From: the human T2T-CHM13v2.0 reference genome, Homo sapiens
DNA length: 64,000 bases
Assembly (NCBI RefSeq): GCF_009914755.1
Contig: NC_060926.1
Strand: one strand, 5' to 3'
Position 1 is the first letter of the stretch; every line of letters starts with the position of its first letter. Both the position numbers and the translations under genes were made by a program. This document shows positions 15,284 through 32,725 of the stretch, one piece after another. The notes beneath the pieces were generated by a model. The model ran no database searches, was not told the origin of the DNA, and saw nothing but the letters and a program-made list of their open reading frames with translations.

Positions 15284-18200
15284 TTTTCTTTTTCTGTTAT
15301 GTCTTTTCCTGGTTTTGGTATTAGGGTTATGCTGGCTTCATAGAATGATTTGGGGGGAGGGTCCCCTCTTTCTCTGTCTTGTGGAATAGCATGAATAGGA
15401 TTGGTACCAATTCTTCTTTGAACGTCTCTTAGAATTCTGCTGTGAATTCGTTTGGTCCTTGACTTTTTTTGTTGTTGGTAATTGTTGCTATTACCATTTC
15501 AGTCTCTCTACTTGTTACTGGTCTGTTCAGAGTGCCTAATTCTATCTGATTAAAGCTAGGAAGGTTGTATCATTCCAGGACTTTATCCATCTCTTCTAGG
15601 TTTTCTAATTTATGCACATAAAGGTGTTCATAGTAGCCTTGATGATCTTTTGTATTTCTGTGGTGTCAGTTGTAATAGCTCCCATTTCGTTTCTAATTGT
15701 GCTTATTTGGATTTTCTCTCCTCTTGGTTAATCTTTCTAATGGTTTATCAAGTTTATTTATCTTTTCAAAGAAGCAGCTTTTTGTTTTGTTTATCTTTTG
15801 TATTTTTTTGTTTGTTTCAATTTCATTTAGTTCTGCTCTGATCTTGGTGATTTCCTTTCTTCTGCTGGGTTTGGGTTTAGTTTGTTCTTGCTTCTCTAGT
15901 TCCTTGAGGTATGACTTTAGATTGTCTGTGCTCTTCCAACCTTTTTGATGTAGGCATTTAGGGCTATGAACTTTCCTGTTAGCACTGCCTTTGCTGTATT
16001 CCAGAGGTTTTGATTGGTTGTGTCACTATTGTCATTCAGTTAGAAGAATTTTTAAATTTTCATCTTGATTTCATTTTTGACTCAGTGATCATTCAGGAGA
16101 AGGTTAATTTCCATGTATTTGCATGGTTTTGAAGGTTCCTTTTGGAGTTGATTTCCAGTTGTATTCCACTGTGGTCTGAGAGAATACTTGAATTCAATTT
16201 CAATTGTCTTACCTTTATTGAGGCTCGTTTTGCAGCCTATCATATGGTCTTTTGGAGAAAGTTCCATGCACTGTTGAATAGAATGTATATTCTGTGGTTG
16301 TTGGGTAGAATGTTCTGTGTATATCAGTTAAGTCCCTTTGTTCCAGGGTATTGTTTAAATTTATTGTTTTTTGTTGACTTTCTGTCTTGATGACCTGTCT
16401 AGTGCTGTCAGTGGAGTATTAAAGGCCCCCACTATTATTGTGTTTCTGTCTATCTTATTTCTTACTTCTATTAATAATTCTTTTACAAATTTGGGAACTC
16501 CAGTGTTAGGTGCATATATATTTAGGATTGTGATATTTTCCTGTTGGACAAGACCTTTTATCATTATATAATGACCCTCTTTGTTTTTTCAACTGCTGTT
16601 GCGTTAATGTTTGTTTTGTCTGATATAATAACAGCTACCCCTGCTTACTTTTGGTGTCCATTTGCATGCAATGTCTTTTTCCATTCCTTTCCTTAAGTTT
16701 ACGTGAGTCCTTTTGTGTTAGGTGTGTCTCTTGAAGGCAGCAGATGGTTGGTGAATTCTTATCCATTCTGCAATTCTGTATCTTTTCAGTGGAGCATTTA
16801 GGCCATTTACATTGAACGTTTGACTGAGATGTGAGCTATCATTCCATTCATTATGCTATTTGTTTCCTGTATATCTTGGGTTTTTTTTTTTTTAAATTGT
16901 ATTTTTGTCTTGTAGGTCTTGTGAGATTTATGCTTTAAAGAGGTTCTGTTTTGATGTGTTGCCAGGATTTGTTTCAAAATTTAGAGCTCCTTTTAGCAGT
17001 TCTTGTAGTGCTGGCTTGGTAGTAGTGATTTCTACCATTTGTTTGTCTGAAAAAGACTGTATTTTTCCTTAATCTACAAAGTTTAGTTTCACTGGGTACA
17101 GAATTCTTGGCTGATAATTGTTTGTTTGTGAAGGCTGAAGATAGGGCCCCAATCCCTTCTAGCTTGTAGACTTTCTCTGAGAAATCTGCTATTAATCTGA
17201 TAGGTTTTCCTTTATAGGTTACCTGGTGTTTTTGCCTCACAGCTTTTAATATTTTTTCCTTCATCTTAACTTCAGATAAGTTGATGACAATGTGCCTGGG
17301 CAATGATCTTTTTGTGATGAGTTTCCCAGATGTTCTTTGAGCTTCTTGTATAATGTCTAGTTCTCTAGCAAGGCCAGAAAAGTTTTCCTTGATTTTTCCC
17401 CCAAATACACTTTCCAAGCCTTTAGATTTATCTTCTTCCTCAGGAACGCTGAAGATGCTTAGATTTGGTTATTTAATATAATCCCAGACTTCTTGGAAGC
17501 TTTGTTCATATTTTCTTATTCTTTTTTCTTTGTCTTTGCTAGATTGGGTTAATTTGAAAACCTTGTCTTTAAGCTCTGAAGTTCTTTATTCTGCTTGTTC
17601 AATTCTATTGCTGAGACTTTTCAGAGCATTTTGCATTTGCATAAGTGTGTCCATTGTTTCCTGAAGTTTTGATTGATTTTTATTTATGCTATCTTTTTCA
17701 TTGAATATTTCTCCCTTCACTTGTATCATTTTTTGGATTTCCTTACATTGGGCTTCACCTTTCTCTGGTGCCTCCCTGATTAGCTTAATAACTAACCTCC
17801 TTCTGAATTCTTTTTCAGGTAGATCAGGGATTTTTTCTTGGTTTGGATCAATTGCTGGAGAGCTAGTATGATTTTTGGGGGGTGTTAAAAAACCTTTTTT
17901 TGTCATATTACAAGAGTTGGTTTTTGGGTTCCTTCTCATTTGGGCTTTGTCAGCAGGAACATCTCAGGCTCAAGGCTGTTGTTCAGGTCCTTTTGTCCCA
18001 CGGGGTGTTTTCTTGTTGTAGTACTGTCCCCCTTTTCCTAGGGATGTGGCTTCCTGAGAGCTGAGCTATAGTAATTGTTATCTCTCTTCTAGCCATCCAG
18101 CAAGCCTACCAGGCTCTGGGCTAGTAGACTTGCTCTAGTAGACAGGTTCTGGGGGTTGTCTGCACAGAGTCCTATGATGTGAACAATCTGTGGGTTTCTC

Positions 18201-19619
18201 AGCCATGGATACTGGCACCTGCTCTGGTGGAGGTGGCAGGGGTATCAAATGGACCCTGTGAGGGTCCTTAGCTTTGGTTGATTATTGCACTATTTTTGTG
18301 TTGGTTGGCCTCCTGCTGGGAGGTGGTGCTTTCAAGAGAGCATCAGCTGTGGTAGTATGTGGAGGAACAGGTGGTGGGAGAGGCCTTAGAACTCCCAAGA
18401 GTTTATGTCCTTTGTCTTCAGTTACCAGGGTGGGTAGGGAAGAACCATTAGGTGGGGGCAAGACTAGGTGTGTCTGAGCTCAGACTCTACTTGGGTAAGT
18501 CTTGCTGCGGCTCCTGTTGGGGGTGGGGGTGAGGTTCCTAGGTCAATGGAGTTTTGTTTCCAGGAGGATTATGGCTGCCTCTGCTGTGTCATGCAGGTTG
18601 TCAGGGAAGTGGGGGAAAGCTGTCAGTCACAGGCCTCACCCAGCTCCCACCCAACCCAAAGGGCTGATCTCACTTCCACCATGCTCCCACCCCCAACAGC
18701 AACAAGTCTGTTTCCAGGCAGTGGGCCAGCAGGACTGAGAACTTGCCCCAGGCTACCCACCTCCCAGCTGTGAAAATAACTAGGGCTTTCCTTCCTCTCC
18801 CACCTGTGGAGTATGCACACCAGATTCACACCCTCCCCCAGTTTCTGGCCAGGAGGCTTCTAAATTGGTTCAAATTGTTACAAAGTTCAGCTGGTGCTTT
18901 TCTTCTCCCTGTGGCCTTTTCCCAGTGACTCTGGTAGCTCTCCTCAAGGATGCCTGTGAGGTGAGGCAGAAATGTCTTGCTAAGGGACCCAGCAAGCCCA
19001 CAGAGATTTTCCTTCTGCTTCCTCTACCTCTGTATTTCACTCAGCTCTCTAAATTGACTCAGCTCCAGGTAAGGTCAGAATCTTCTCCCATAATCTAGAC
19101 CTTCAGGTTCCCCAGTGGGGATGTATGTTCATGGATGAACGATCTTCCTTTCCCACTTGCAGAGTTTGGGCACTCACAGTATTTGGGGTGTCTCCAGAGT
19201 CTTGCAGGAACAATCCACTTCTTTCGGAAGATATATGGGTTCTCTTGGCTTTCCTAATATATTTCTACAGTCATACTGGAGCAAAAGTTCACAGTACAAG
19301 CCTCCACAGGCTGTTGTGTCTGTCCAAGTGGGAGCTTCAATCTAGTCCTGCCTGTCTGCCATGATCTCATCTCTCCTTCTTTTTCTAAGTCCACTAATCC
19401 CATGATGAGGGCCCAAGCTCATGACCTAACCTAACCCTATTTACCTTACCCTAACCCCATCTTTAAATATCATCATATTGAGAGCTAGGGCTTCAGCATG
19501 TGGATTTAGAGACAGTGAGGGGGAACATTCAGTCAAAAACACCTTATAATATTTTTTGTTTTGTAAAGTTATTAATAGTGTCCCATTTTTCATTTCTGAT
19601 GTTAGTAATTTTAGTCTGT

Positions 19620-19942
19620 TTTTTCTTTTCTTTCTTTCTTTTTTTTTTTTTGGATACAGAGTCTTGCTCTGTCAGCTCTGTCACCCAGGCTGGAGTGCAG
19701 TGCTGCAATCTCAGCTCACTGCAACCTTGCTTCCTGGGTTCAAGTGATTCTCCTGCCTCAGCCTCCCAAGTAGCTAGGATTACAGGTGCGTGCCACCACA
19801 CCTGGCTAATTTTTGTATTTTTAGTAGAGATGAGGTTTCACCATGTTGGCCAGGCTGGTCTCGAACTCCTGACCTCAGGTAGTCCACCTGCCTCAGCCTT
19901 CCAAAGTACTGGGATTTCAGACATGAGCCACCACGCCCGGCT
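19620..19942 (-). mobile_element. Alu (AluSx-like)
   Basis: Poly-T plus dimer with a small gctctgtca duplication. Confidence 0.93.
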
Positions 19943-20775
19943 GAGGTTTGTTTTTTTTTTTCCTTGCCTGGTGAGATTAGCTAAAGTTTTGTCAATTTTG
20001 TTGGTCTTTTCAAAGAACCAACTTTTGGTTTTACAGATTTTCTCTATGGTTTTTCTATTTTCTATTTCCTTTATTTTCTCTGTAATATTTATTATTTCTT
20101 TTCTTCTGTTTGCTTCGGATTTGCTTTTTTTTTTTAGCTCTTTAAGATAAAGTTTTGGTTTTGATTTGAGATCTATCTTTTTTTTAAAAAAAATAGGCAT
20201 TTCTAATTATACATTTCCCTCTAGGCACTATTTTTACTGCATCTCCTAAGATCTGGTGTACTGTGTTTTTATTTTCATTTATCTCAAGGCATTTTCAAAT
20301 TTCTTTTGTAATTTACTTTTTGACCTTTAATTATTTACAACTGTGCTCAATTTTCTTGTGAAATTTCCAAATTTTCATGTTATTAATTTCTAATTTCATT
20401 TCACTGTGGTCACATAGTATAATTTGTACCATTACAGTCTTTTATACTTTATTAAGACTTGCTTTATGGTGTAACATATGTTTTATCCTGGCAAATGTTA
20501 CTTGTGTGCTTGAGAAGAATGTGTATTATTTTATTAATAAATGGAGGTTCTTTAGATCTCTGGAAACTGGACTATACCTTGTTCAAGTCTTCCATTTTTT
20601 GGAAGACATTCTGTCTAGCTATTCTAACCACCATTGAAAGTGGGTTAATTAATCTCCAATTACTGTTGAATTGACTATTTTCTCCTTCAATTCTGTCAGT
20701 TTCAATTCTGTTAGAATTTGGGGTTGTTTGGTGCATATATGTTTATAATTCTTACATGTTTTTGATCAATTAACT

Positions 20776-21106
<331 letters not shown>

Positions 21107-21291
21107 TAGTCTTTAGTAACAATTTTTTGTCTTAAAGTCTACTTTAATAATATAGTCATTCTAGGTCTCTCTTAGTTACAGTTTGACTGGTACATCTTTT
21201 TTCATACTTTTATTTTCAACCTCTTTGTGTCTTTAAATCTAAAGTCTCTCATAGACAGCATATAGTTGAATCTTGCTTTTAAATCTGCTAA

Positions 21292-21625
<334 letters not shown>

Positions 21626-22038
21626 TGAATGTTCAACCAGTTTACATTTAATGAAATTGCTAATAATGTAATGTTCTCATTTGCCATTTTTCTACCTGTT
21701 TTTTAGATGTTTCATGTCTTTTTCAATCCTTCCTTTATTAATACCTACTTTTGTGTTATAAATATATTTTCTAATGTATTGTTTTAATCCTTCATTGTTT
21801 CTTTTACTGTATTTATTTTTATTTTCTTTTTTAAAATAATTTTTAATTTTCAATTTCTGTGGGTACACAGCAGCTGTATATATTCATGGGTTACATGAGA
21901 TGTTTTGATAGAGTCATGCTATGTGTAATAATCACATCATGGAAAATGGAGTATTCACACTCTCAAGCATTTATCCTTTGTGTTACAAACAATCCAGTTG
22001 TATTCTTTTAGTTATTTTAAAATGCACAATTAAATTAT

Positions 22039-22505
22039 TTAATTTTTTTCTTCAACTTTCATTTTAAGTTCAGAGGTACATGTGCCAGATGTTCAGGGTT
22101 TTTTCACATAGGTAAATGTGTGCTGTGGTGGTTTGCTGCATGGATCATCCCATCACCTAGGTATTAAGCCCAACATGCATTAGCTGTTTTTCCTGAGGCT
22201 CTGCCTGCCTTCACCCCTGCTCCAACAGGCCCCAATGTGTGTTTTCCCCCCAATATGTCCCTGTGTTCTCATCATTTAGCTCCTACTTATAAGTGAGAAC
22301 ATGTGGTGTTTGGTTTTCTGTTCCTGCATCAGTTTGCTGAGGATAATGGCTTCCAACTCCATCCATGTCCCTGCAAAGGACATGATCTCATCCTTTTCTT
22401 TGTGGCTGCATAGTATTACATGGTGTATATGTACCATATTTTCTTTATCCAGTCTATCGTTGATGGGCATTTAGGTTGTGTTCATGTCTTTGCTATTCTT
22501 AATAG
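22039..22505 (-). mobile_element. 5'-truncated L1PA (L1PA10-13-like) 3' end nested in L1MA
   Basis: L1PA 3'UTR; 20-bp TSD aaaatgcacaattaaattat at 22019-22038 and 22506-22525. Confidence 0.9.
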
Positions 22506-23267
22506 AAAATGCACAATTAAATTATATTAATGGTAGCCACCCTGTTGTGCAGTCAAATACTAGGCCTTATTTATTCATTTTAACTTTTTGATACCTATTA
22601 AGGATCTCACCTCCTCCTATCCCCCACTAACCTTCCCAACCTCTGGTAACCATCCTTCTACTCTCTATCTCAATGGGTTCAATTGTCTTTATTTTTAGGT
22701 CCCACAAATAAATGAGACCACGTGATGTTTATATTTCTGTGCCTGGCTTATTTCACTTAACATAATGAATTCTGGTTCCATCCATGTTGTTGCACAGGGA
22801 TCTTATTCTTTTTTATGGTTGAATAGTACTCCACTGTGTATGAGAATCACATTTTCTTTATCCATTATCTGTTGATAGACACTTAAATGCTTTCAAATCT
22901 TGACTATTGTTAACAGAGCTGCAACAAACATGGGAGTGTAGATATCCCTTCGACACACTCATTTCCTTTCTTTTGGGTATATACTCAGTGGTGGGATTGC
23001 TGAATCATATGGTAACTCTATTTTTCATTTTTTGAGAAACCTCCAAACTGTTCTCCACAGTGGCTGTACTAATTTACATTCCATCAACAGTGTACAAAGG
23101 TTCCCTTTTCTCCACATCCTAGCCAGCATTTGTTATTGCCTGTTTTTGAAGCCATTTTAAGTGGGGTGAGATGACATCTCATTGTAGTTTTGATTTGCCT
23201 TCCTCTGATGATCACTACATTGAGCATCTTTCATAGGTCCGTTTGCCATTTGTATCTCTTCTTTTGA

Positions 23268-23603
<336 letters not shown>

Positions 23604-26026
23604 GATTTTTTTTTTTTTGACAGAGTTGGTTGAGCTACTTATATATACTTGTTATTAATCCCTTGTTAGATAGGTAGTTTGTGAATAATTTTTCCCATTC
23701 TGTGGGTTGTCTCTTTCCTTTTTGGGTTGTTTCCTTTGCTATACAAAAGCTTTTTAACTTGATGTGATCCCATTTATGCGTTTTTGCTTTGGTTGCCTGT
23801 GCTTGTGGGGTATTACTCAAGAAATCTTAGTGCAGTCCAATGTCCTGGAAGTTTCCCCAATGTTTTCTTGTAGTAGTTTCATAGTTTGAGGTCTTTAAGT
23901 CTTTAATCCATTTGGATTTGATTTTTGTATATGATGAGAGATAGGGGTCTAGTCTCTTTCTTCTGCATATGAATGTCCAGTTTTCCCAGCACCATTTATT
24001 GAAGAGACTGTCTTTTCCCTAGTGTATCTTCTTGGTACCTTTGTCGAACATGAGCTCACTGTAGGTGTGTGGATTTGTTTCTGGGTTCTCTATTCTGTCC
24101 CATTGGTCTATGTGTCTGTTTTTATTCTAGTACCATGATGTTTTGGTTACTATAGTCGTGAAGTATAATTTGATGCCAGATAATGTGCTTCCTCCAGTTT
24201 TGTTCTTTTTGTTTAGGATAGCTTTGGCTATTCTGGGTCTTTTGTGGTTCCATATAAATTTTAGGATTTTTTTTTCTATTTCTGTGAATAATGTCATTGG
24301 CATTTTGATAGGGATTGCATTGAATCTATAGATTGCTTTGGGTAGTATGGACATTTTAACAATATTGATTCTTCCAATCCATGAACATGAAATATCTTTC
24401 CAATTTGTGGTGTCCTCTTCAATTTTTTTCATCAGTGTTTTATAGTTTTTATTATAAAGATCTTTCACTTCTTTGATTAATTTCTAGGCATTTAATTTTA
24501 TTTGCAGCTAAAGTAAATGAGATTACTTTTTAAAATTTCTTTTTCGATTTGTTCACTGTTGGCATATAAAAATGCTATTGATATTTGTATGTTGATATTG
24601 CACCCTGCAACTTTACTGAATTTGATTATACGTTCTAACAGTTTTTTGGTGGAGCCTTTAGGTTTTTCCAAATATAAGATCACATAATCTGCCAACAAGG
24701 ATAATTTGATTTCTTCCTTTCCAATTTGGATGCCCTTTTCTTTTTCTCTTGTCTAGCTGCTCTATCTAGGACTTCCAGTATTACGTTGAATAACAGTGGT
24801 GATAGTGGGCATCCTTGTCATGTTCCAGATATTAGAGGAAAAGCTTTCAGTACCCCCTCACCCCCCAGTTAGTATGACATCTGCTATGGATCTTTTGTAT
24901 ATGGCTTTTATTAGGTTGACGTATGTTCCTTCTGTACCCAGTTTTTTGAGGGTTTTCTTTCATGAAGAGATGCTGAATTTTGTCAAATGGGTTTTCAGCA
25001 TTGATGGAAATGATTGTATGGTTTTTGTCCTTCATACTGTTGATATAATGTATCACATTGATTATTTTGCATATGTTGGAACCATGATTGCATCCCTGGG
25101 ATAAATCCCACTTGGTCATGATGAATCATCTTTTTAATGTATTGTTAAATATGTATTTAGTTGAAGATTTGTGCATCAGTATTCATTAGAGATATGGACC
25201 TGTAGTTTTCTTTTCTTGAGGTATCTTTGGTGTTGGTATTGGGGCAATAATAGCCTTGTAGAATGAGTTTGGAAGTAGTCACTTCTCCTTGATTTTTCAG
25301 ATAGTTTGAGTAAGATTGGTATTAGTTCTTCCTTAAATGTTTGGTAGAATTCAGTGGTGAAGCCATCAGGTTCCGAGCTTTACTTTACTGAAAGACTTTT
25401 GATTATGGCTTCCATCTCATTGTTATTGATCTGTTCATGTTTTGGATTTCTTCATGGTTTAATCTTTGTAGGTTGTATGTGTCTAGAAATTTGCCCATTT
25501 CTTCTAGATTTTCCAATTTATTGGCTTATTGTTGTTCACAGTAGTGACTTATGATCCTTTGAATAGCTGCAGAATCAGTTGTTGTGTCTCCTTTTTCATC
25601 TCTGATTTTATTTATTTGTGTCTTTTTTTTTCTGAGCTAATCTGGCTAAAGGCTTGTCCATTTCGTTTAACTTAAAAAAAACCAGCTTTTTGTTTCATTG
25701 ATCTTTTGTATTGTTTTCTTCATTGTAATTTTATTTATTTCTGCTCTGATCTTTTTTATTTCTTCTGTTAATTTTGGATTTGGTTTGCTCTTGATTTTCT
25801 AGTTCTTTAAGATGCTTTGTTAGGTTGTTTATTTGATGTTTTTCTTTTTTTAATGTGGGCATTTATAGCTATAAACTTTCCTTTTTAGTGCTGCTTTTGC
25901 TGTATCCCATAGGTTTTGGTATGTTGTGTTTCCATTAGCATGTGTTGCAAGAAATTTTTAAATTTCCTTTGTAATTATTTCATTGACCTACTGGTCATTC
26001 AGAAGCATATTGTTTAATTTCCACGT

Positions 26027-28610
<2,584 letters not shown>

Positions 28611-28624
28611 CATACAAATACTAA

Positions 28625-28964
<340 letters not shown>

Positions 28965-31787
28965 CCTTTTTATTGATTTCTAGTATGATTCTGTTGTGGT
29001 CAGAGAGGATGCTTGATATTATTTCAATTATTTTGAATATTTTAAGACTTGTTTTGTGACCTAACATATAGTGACCTAACACATAGTTTATCTCTGAGAA
29101 TAATCCATGTACTGAGGAAAAGAATGTGTATTCTGCAGCCATTGGATGAAATGTTCTGTAAATATCTACTAGATCCATTTGGTATATAGTACAATGTTTC
29201 TTTGGGCCATGGCCCAATGTTTCTTTGTTGATTTTCTCTCTGGAAGATCTGTTCAGTGCTGAAAGTGGGGTGGTGAAATCTCCAGTTACTATTGTATTGG
29301 ATTCTCTCTCTCTCTCTAGCTCTGATAATATTTGCTTTATATTTCTGTGTGCTCCAGTGTTGGGTGCACATATGTTTCAAATTATTATATTCTCTTGCTG
29401 ATTTCATGCCTTTATCATTATATCTTGACCTTCTTTGTCTCTTATAGTTTTTGTCTTGAAATCTATTTTGTCTGATATAAGTATAGCTACTTTTGCTCTT
29501 ATTTGGTTTCCATTGGCGTGAAATATATTTTTTCCAGCCCTTTATTTGCATTCAATGTTTGTGTTTGTAGGTGAAGTGCATTTCTTGTAGGCAACAGATT
29601 AATGGGCCTAGTTTTATTTATTTATTTTTAATCCATTCATTTACTCTATTTCTTTTAATTGGAGAGTTTAATTCATTTACATTCAGTGTTATTATTGATA
29701 AGTAAGGACTTATTCCTGCCATTTTGTTATCTGTTTTCAGGTTGTTTTGTGGTCTTCTCTTCCTCCTTTCTTTCTTGTCTTCCTTTTAGTGAAGATTATT
29801 TTCTCTGGTGATATGATTTCATTTCTTGCTTTTTATTTTTTGTGTACTTACTGTATGTTTTTCAATTTGAGGTTACCATGAGGCTTGCAAATACTATCTT
29901 ATAACCCATTATTTTAAACTGATAACAACTTGACACTGTTTGCATAAACAAACAAGCCAAAAGAAAACTAATACACTATGTCTTAACTTCATCCCCCTGC
30001 TTTTTAACTTTTTATTGTTGCTATTTATATCTTACTGTACTGTGTCTTAAAACGTTGTAGTTATTATTTTTGATTGGTTCACTGTTTATCTTTCTACTTA
30101 AGATAAAAGTAGTTTACACACCACAGTTACAGTGTTATAATAATCTGTGTTTTTCTGTGTACTGACTATCACCAGTGAGTTTTGTACTTTAGATGATTTC
30201 TTCTTGCTCATTAACATCCTTTTCTTTCTGAATGAAGTACTCCCTTTAGCATTTCTTGTAGGACAGGTCTGGTGTTGATGAAATCACTTGGCTTTTCTTT
30301 GTCTGGGAAAGTCTTTATTTCTCCTTCATGTTTGAAGGGCAATTTTGTGGGATATACTATTCTAGGGTAAGAATTTGTTCTCTTCAGCACTTTAAATATG
30401 TCATGCCACTCTCTTCTAGCCTGTAAGGTTTTACACTGAAAAGTCTCCTGTCAGATGTACTAGAGCTTCATTGTACGTTATTTGTTTCTTTTCTCTTGCT
30501 GCTTTTAGGATCCTTTCTTCATCTTTGACCTTTGGGAGTTTGATTATTAAATGCCTTGAGGTAGTCTTCTTTGGATTAAATCTGCTTGGTGTTCTATAAC
30601 TTTCTTATACTTGGATATTGATATCTTTCTAGGTTTTGAAAGTTCTGTTATTATCCCTTTGACTAAATTTTCTATCCCTATCTCTTTCTTTACCTCCTCT
30701 TTCAGACCAATAACTCTCAGCTTTTCCCTTTTGAAGCTATTTTCTAGATTCCGTAGGTATGCTTCATTGTTTTTTATTCTTTTTTCTTTTGTCTCTTCTG
30801 ACTATGTATTTTCAAATAGCCTATCTTCAGCCTCACTAATTCTTTATTCTGCTTGATCAATTCTGTATTAAAAGACTCTGATGCATTCTTCAGTATGTCA
30901 ATTGCATTTTTCATTCCATTATTTCTATTTATTCTTTTTAATTATTTCAATCTCTTTGTTAGATTTATCTGATAGAATTCTGAATTCCTTCTCTGTGTTA
31001 TCTTGAATTTCTCTGAGTTTCTTCATTATAGCTATTTGGAATTCTGTCTGAACAGTCACATATCTCTGTTTCTCCAGGATTGGTCCCACGTGCCTTATTC
31101 GCTTCTTTTGGTGAGATCATGTTTTCCTGGATCATCTTAATACTTGTAGATCTTCTGAGTCTGGGTATTGAAGAGTTAGGTATTTACTGTAGTCTTCACA
31201 GTCTGGGCTTGTTCATACCCATCTTTCTTGGGGAGGCTTTCCAGCTATTTGAAAGGACTAGGGTTTTGTGATCTAAGCTGTATCTGCTTTAGGAGGCAGC
31301 AATGCTCTGGGTCTTGCAGACTCATAGAGGTACTACCTTGATGTTCTTGGACAAGATCTGGAAGAATTCTCTGTATTACTAGGCAGAGACTCATCTTCTC
31401 TTCCTTTACGTTCTCCCAAACAAAGAGAGTCTCTCTTTCTCTGTTCTGAGCCACCTGGAGCTGGGGATGGAGTGACACAAGCACCCCTGTGGCTACCACC
31501 CTTAGGACTGTGCTGGGTCAGACCTAAAGCGAGAACAGCACTGGGTCTGGCCCAAGGCCTGCTGTGACCACTCCCTGGCTACCACTTATGTTCACTCAAT
31601 GCTCTAGGGCTCTACAATCATTAGCTGGCAAAACCAGCCAGGCCTATGTCCTTCTCTTCAGGGCAGCAAATTCCCCCAGGTCTTGTGTGGGTCGGGGGGC
31701 CATCCAGGCACCAAGAACTAGAGTAAAAAACCTTAGAACTCTACCTAGTGTTCTGTTGTGCTATTTTTGAATTGTTTTCTTAGTGGG

Positions 31788-32398
31788 TGTATGTTAGCCA
31801 GGGTTCTCCAGAGAAACAGAAACAATGGGCTATATAGAGATATGTAGGAGGAGATTTATTATAGGGATTGACTCATGGAACTATGGAGGCCAAGAAGTCC
31901 AATGATATACTGTCTGCATATTTCCTGGGAAACCAGGAAAGTCAGTGGTATAATTTAAGTTCAAAGGCCTGAGAACAAGACTACCTGATGACATAAGTCC
32001 CAGTCCTGAAAACTTTAATCCTGGTGTAGGGTGTACACTGGTGGAACTCTATTTCCTGAGAACTTGAGTTGTGGAGGCATTGGAAGTCCTGAAGTCCAAA
32101 GGCCCAAGAACCAGTAGTTTCAATATCTGAGGGCAGGAGAAGCCGAATGTCCCAATTCAAGAAGAGAGAGAAAATTAACCCTTCCTCTGCCTTTTTATTT
32201 GATTCATGCCTTCAACAGATTAGATTATGTCCACCCACATGGATGAGGGTGGGTCTTCTTTGCTCAGTCTGTTGATTCAAATACTAACCTTGTCAAGAAA
32301 CACCTTCACAGACACACCCATAAATAATTCTTTACCAGCTATCTGGGCATTCCCATTCCTTAGGCCAGTCAAGGTGACATATAAAATTAATCATCACA
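31788..32398 (-). mobile_element. MLT2 (ERVL) solo LTR
   Basis: Starts cagggttctccagagaaacagaa and ends gacatataaaattaatcatcaca. Confidence 0.87.
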
Positions 32399-32618
32399 GG
32401 TTGCTGTTAGAATTACAACATCATAATTTATAACAATCTATTTCAAGTTAATGCCAACTTAATTACAATAATATACACAACTTTGTTCCCATATAGCCCA
32501 TCCCCTTTCCCCTCATTTTTTGTTGTTATTGTCATGCAAATTATAATACATAATTCCAAATTTAGATATCCTACTCTTTACTGATCATCTCCAGTACATT
32601 GTGTGCCCTTGGATACAG

Positions 32619-32725
32619 AAAAAATATGAAATGCTTTGCAAATCTTAAGTCATCCTTGCACAAGGGCCATACTAGTCTTCTCTGAATTGTTCTAATTTTG
32701 GTATATGTGTTGCTGAATTGAGCAC
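32619..32725 (-). pseudogene. RNU6: Full-length U6 snRNA retro-pseudogene fused at its 3' U-tract to L1
   Basis: Reverse complement reads GTGCTC..TTCAGCAACACATATACCAAAATTAGAACAATTCAGAGAAGACTAGTATGGCCCTTGTGCAAGGATGAC...CATATTTTTT; about 80% identical to U6 by manual comparison. Confidence 0.95.

Larger units (their letters stand above)
10567..19368 (-). mobile_element. Near full-length L1PB1/L1PBa LINE-1 (5'UTR, ORF1, ORF2, 3'UTR; inactive)
   Basis: 5' end gatcatggcagacaggcaggactagattg; ORF1 fragments at 17586-17939 and 16974-17417; endonuclease fragment 16361-16564; RT fragment 13284-13934 ([12 protein letters not shown]); C-terminal [13 protein letters not shown]; 15-bp TSD atctctcc(c/t)tctttt at 10556-10570 and 19369-19383. 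Confidence 0.93.
10314..19541 (-). mobile_element. MLT1A/MLT1A0 solo LTR split in two (10314-10566 and 19369-19541) by L1PB1
   Basis: Starts tgtcttagtt...gccgtaacaaaatatcacagactg, ends ...acattcagtcaaaaaca; TSD cctaa/cctta. Confidence 0.85.

Noticed and set aside
14645-15389. Overlapping 80-210 aa GC-rich ORFs and an apparent CpG island
   Set aside because: They lie essentially within the LTR12C U3 region, where high GC content makes stop codons rare
19425-19458. Telomere-like cctaac/ccctaa repeats
   Set aside because: Only a few imperfect units, within a part of the MLT1A LTR that natively contains ctaaccctaa-like sequence
19500-20200. 216-aa hydrophobic ORF and a 120-aa antisense ORF
   Set aside because: Antisense L1 ORF2 plus Alu; the T-rich strand yields spurious Phe/Leu-rich frames, and the 120-aa frame is L1 ORF2 running into an Alu
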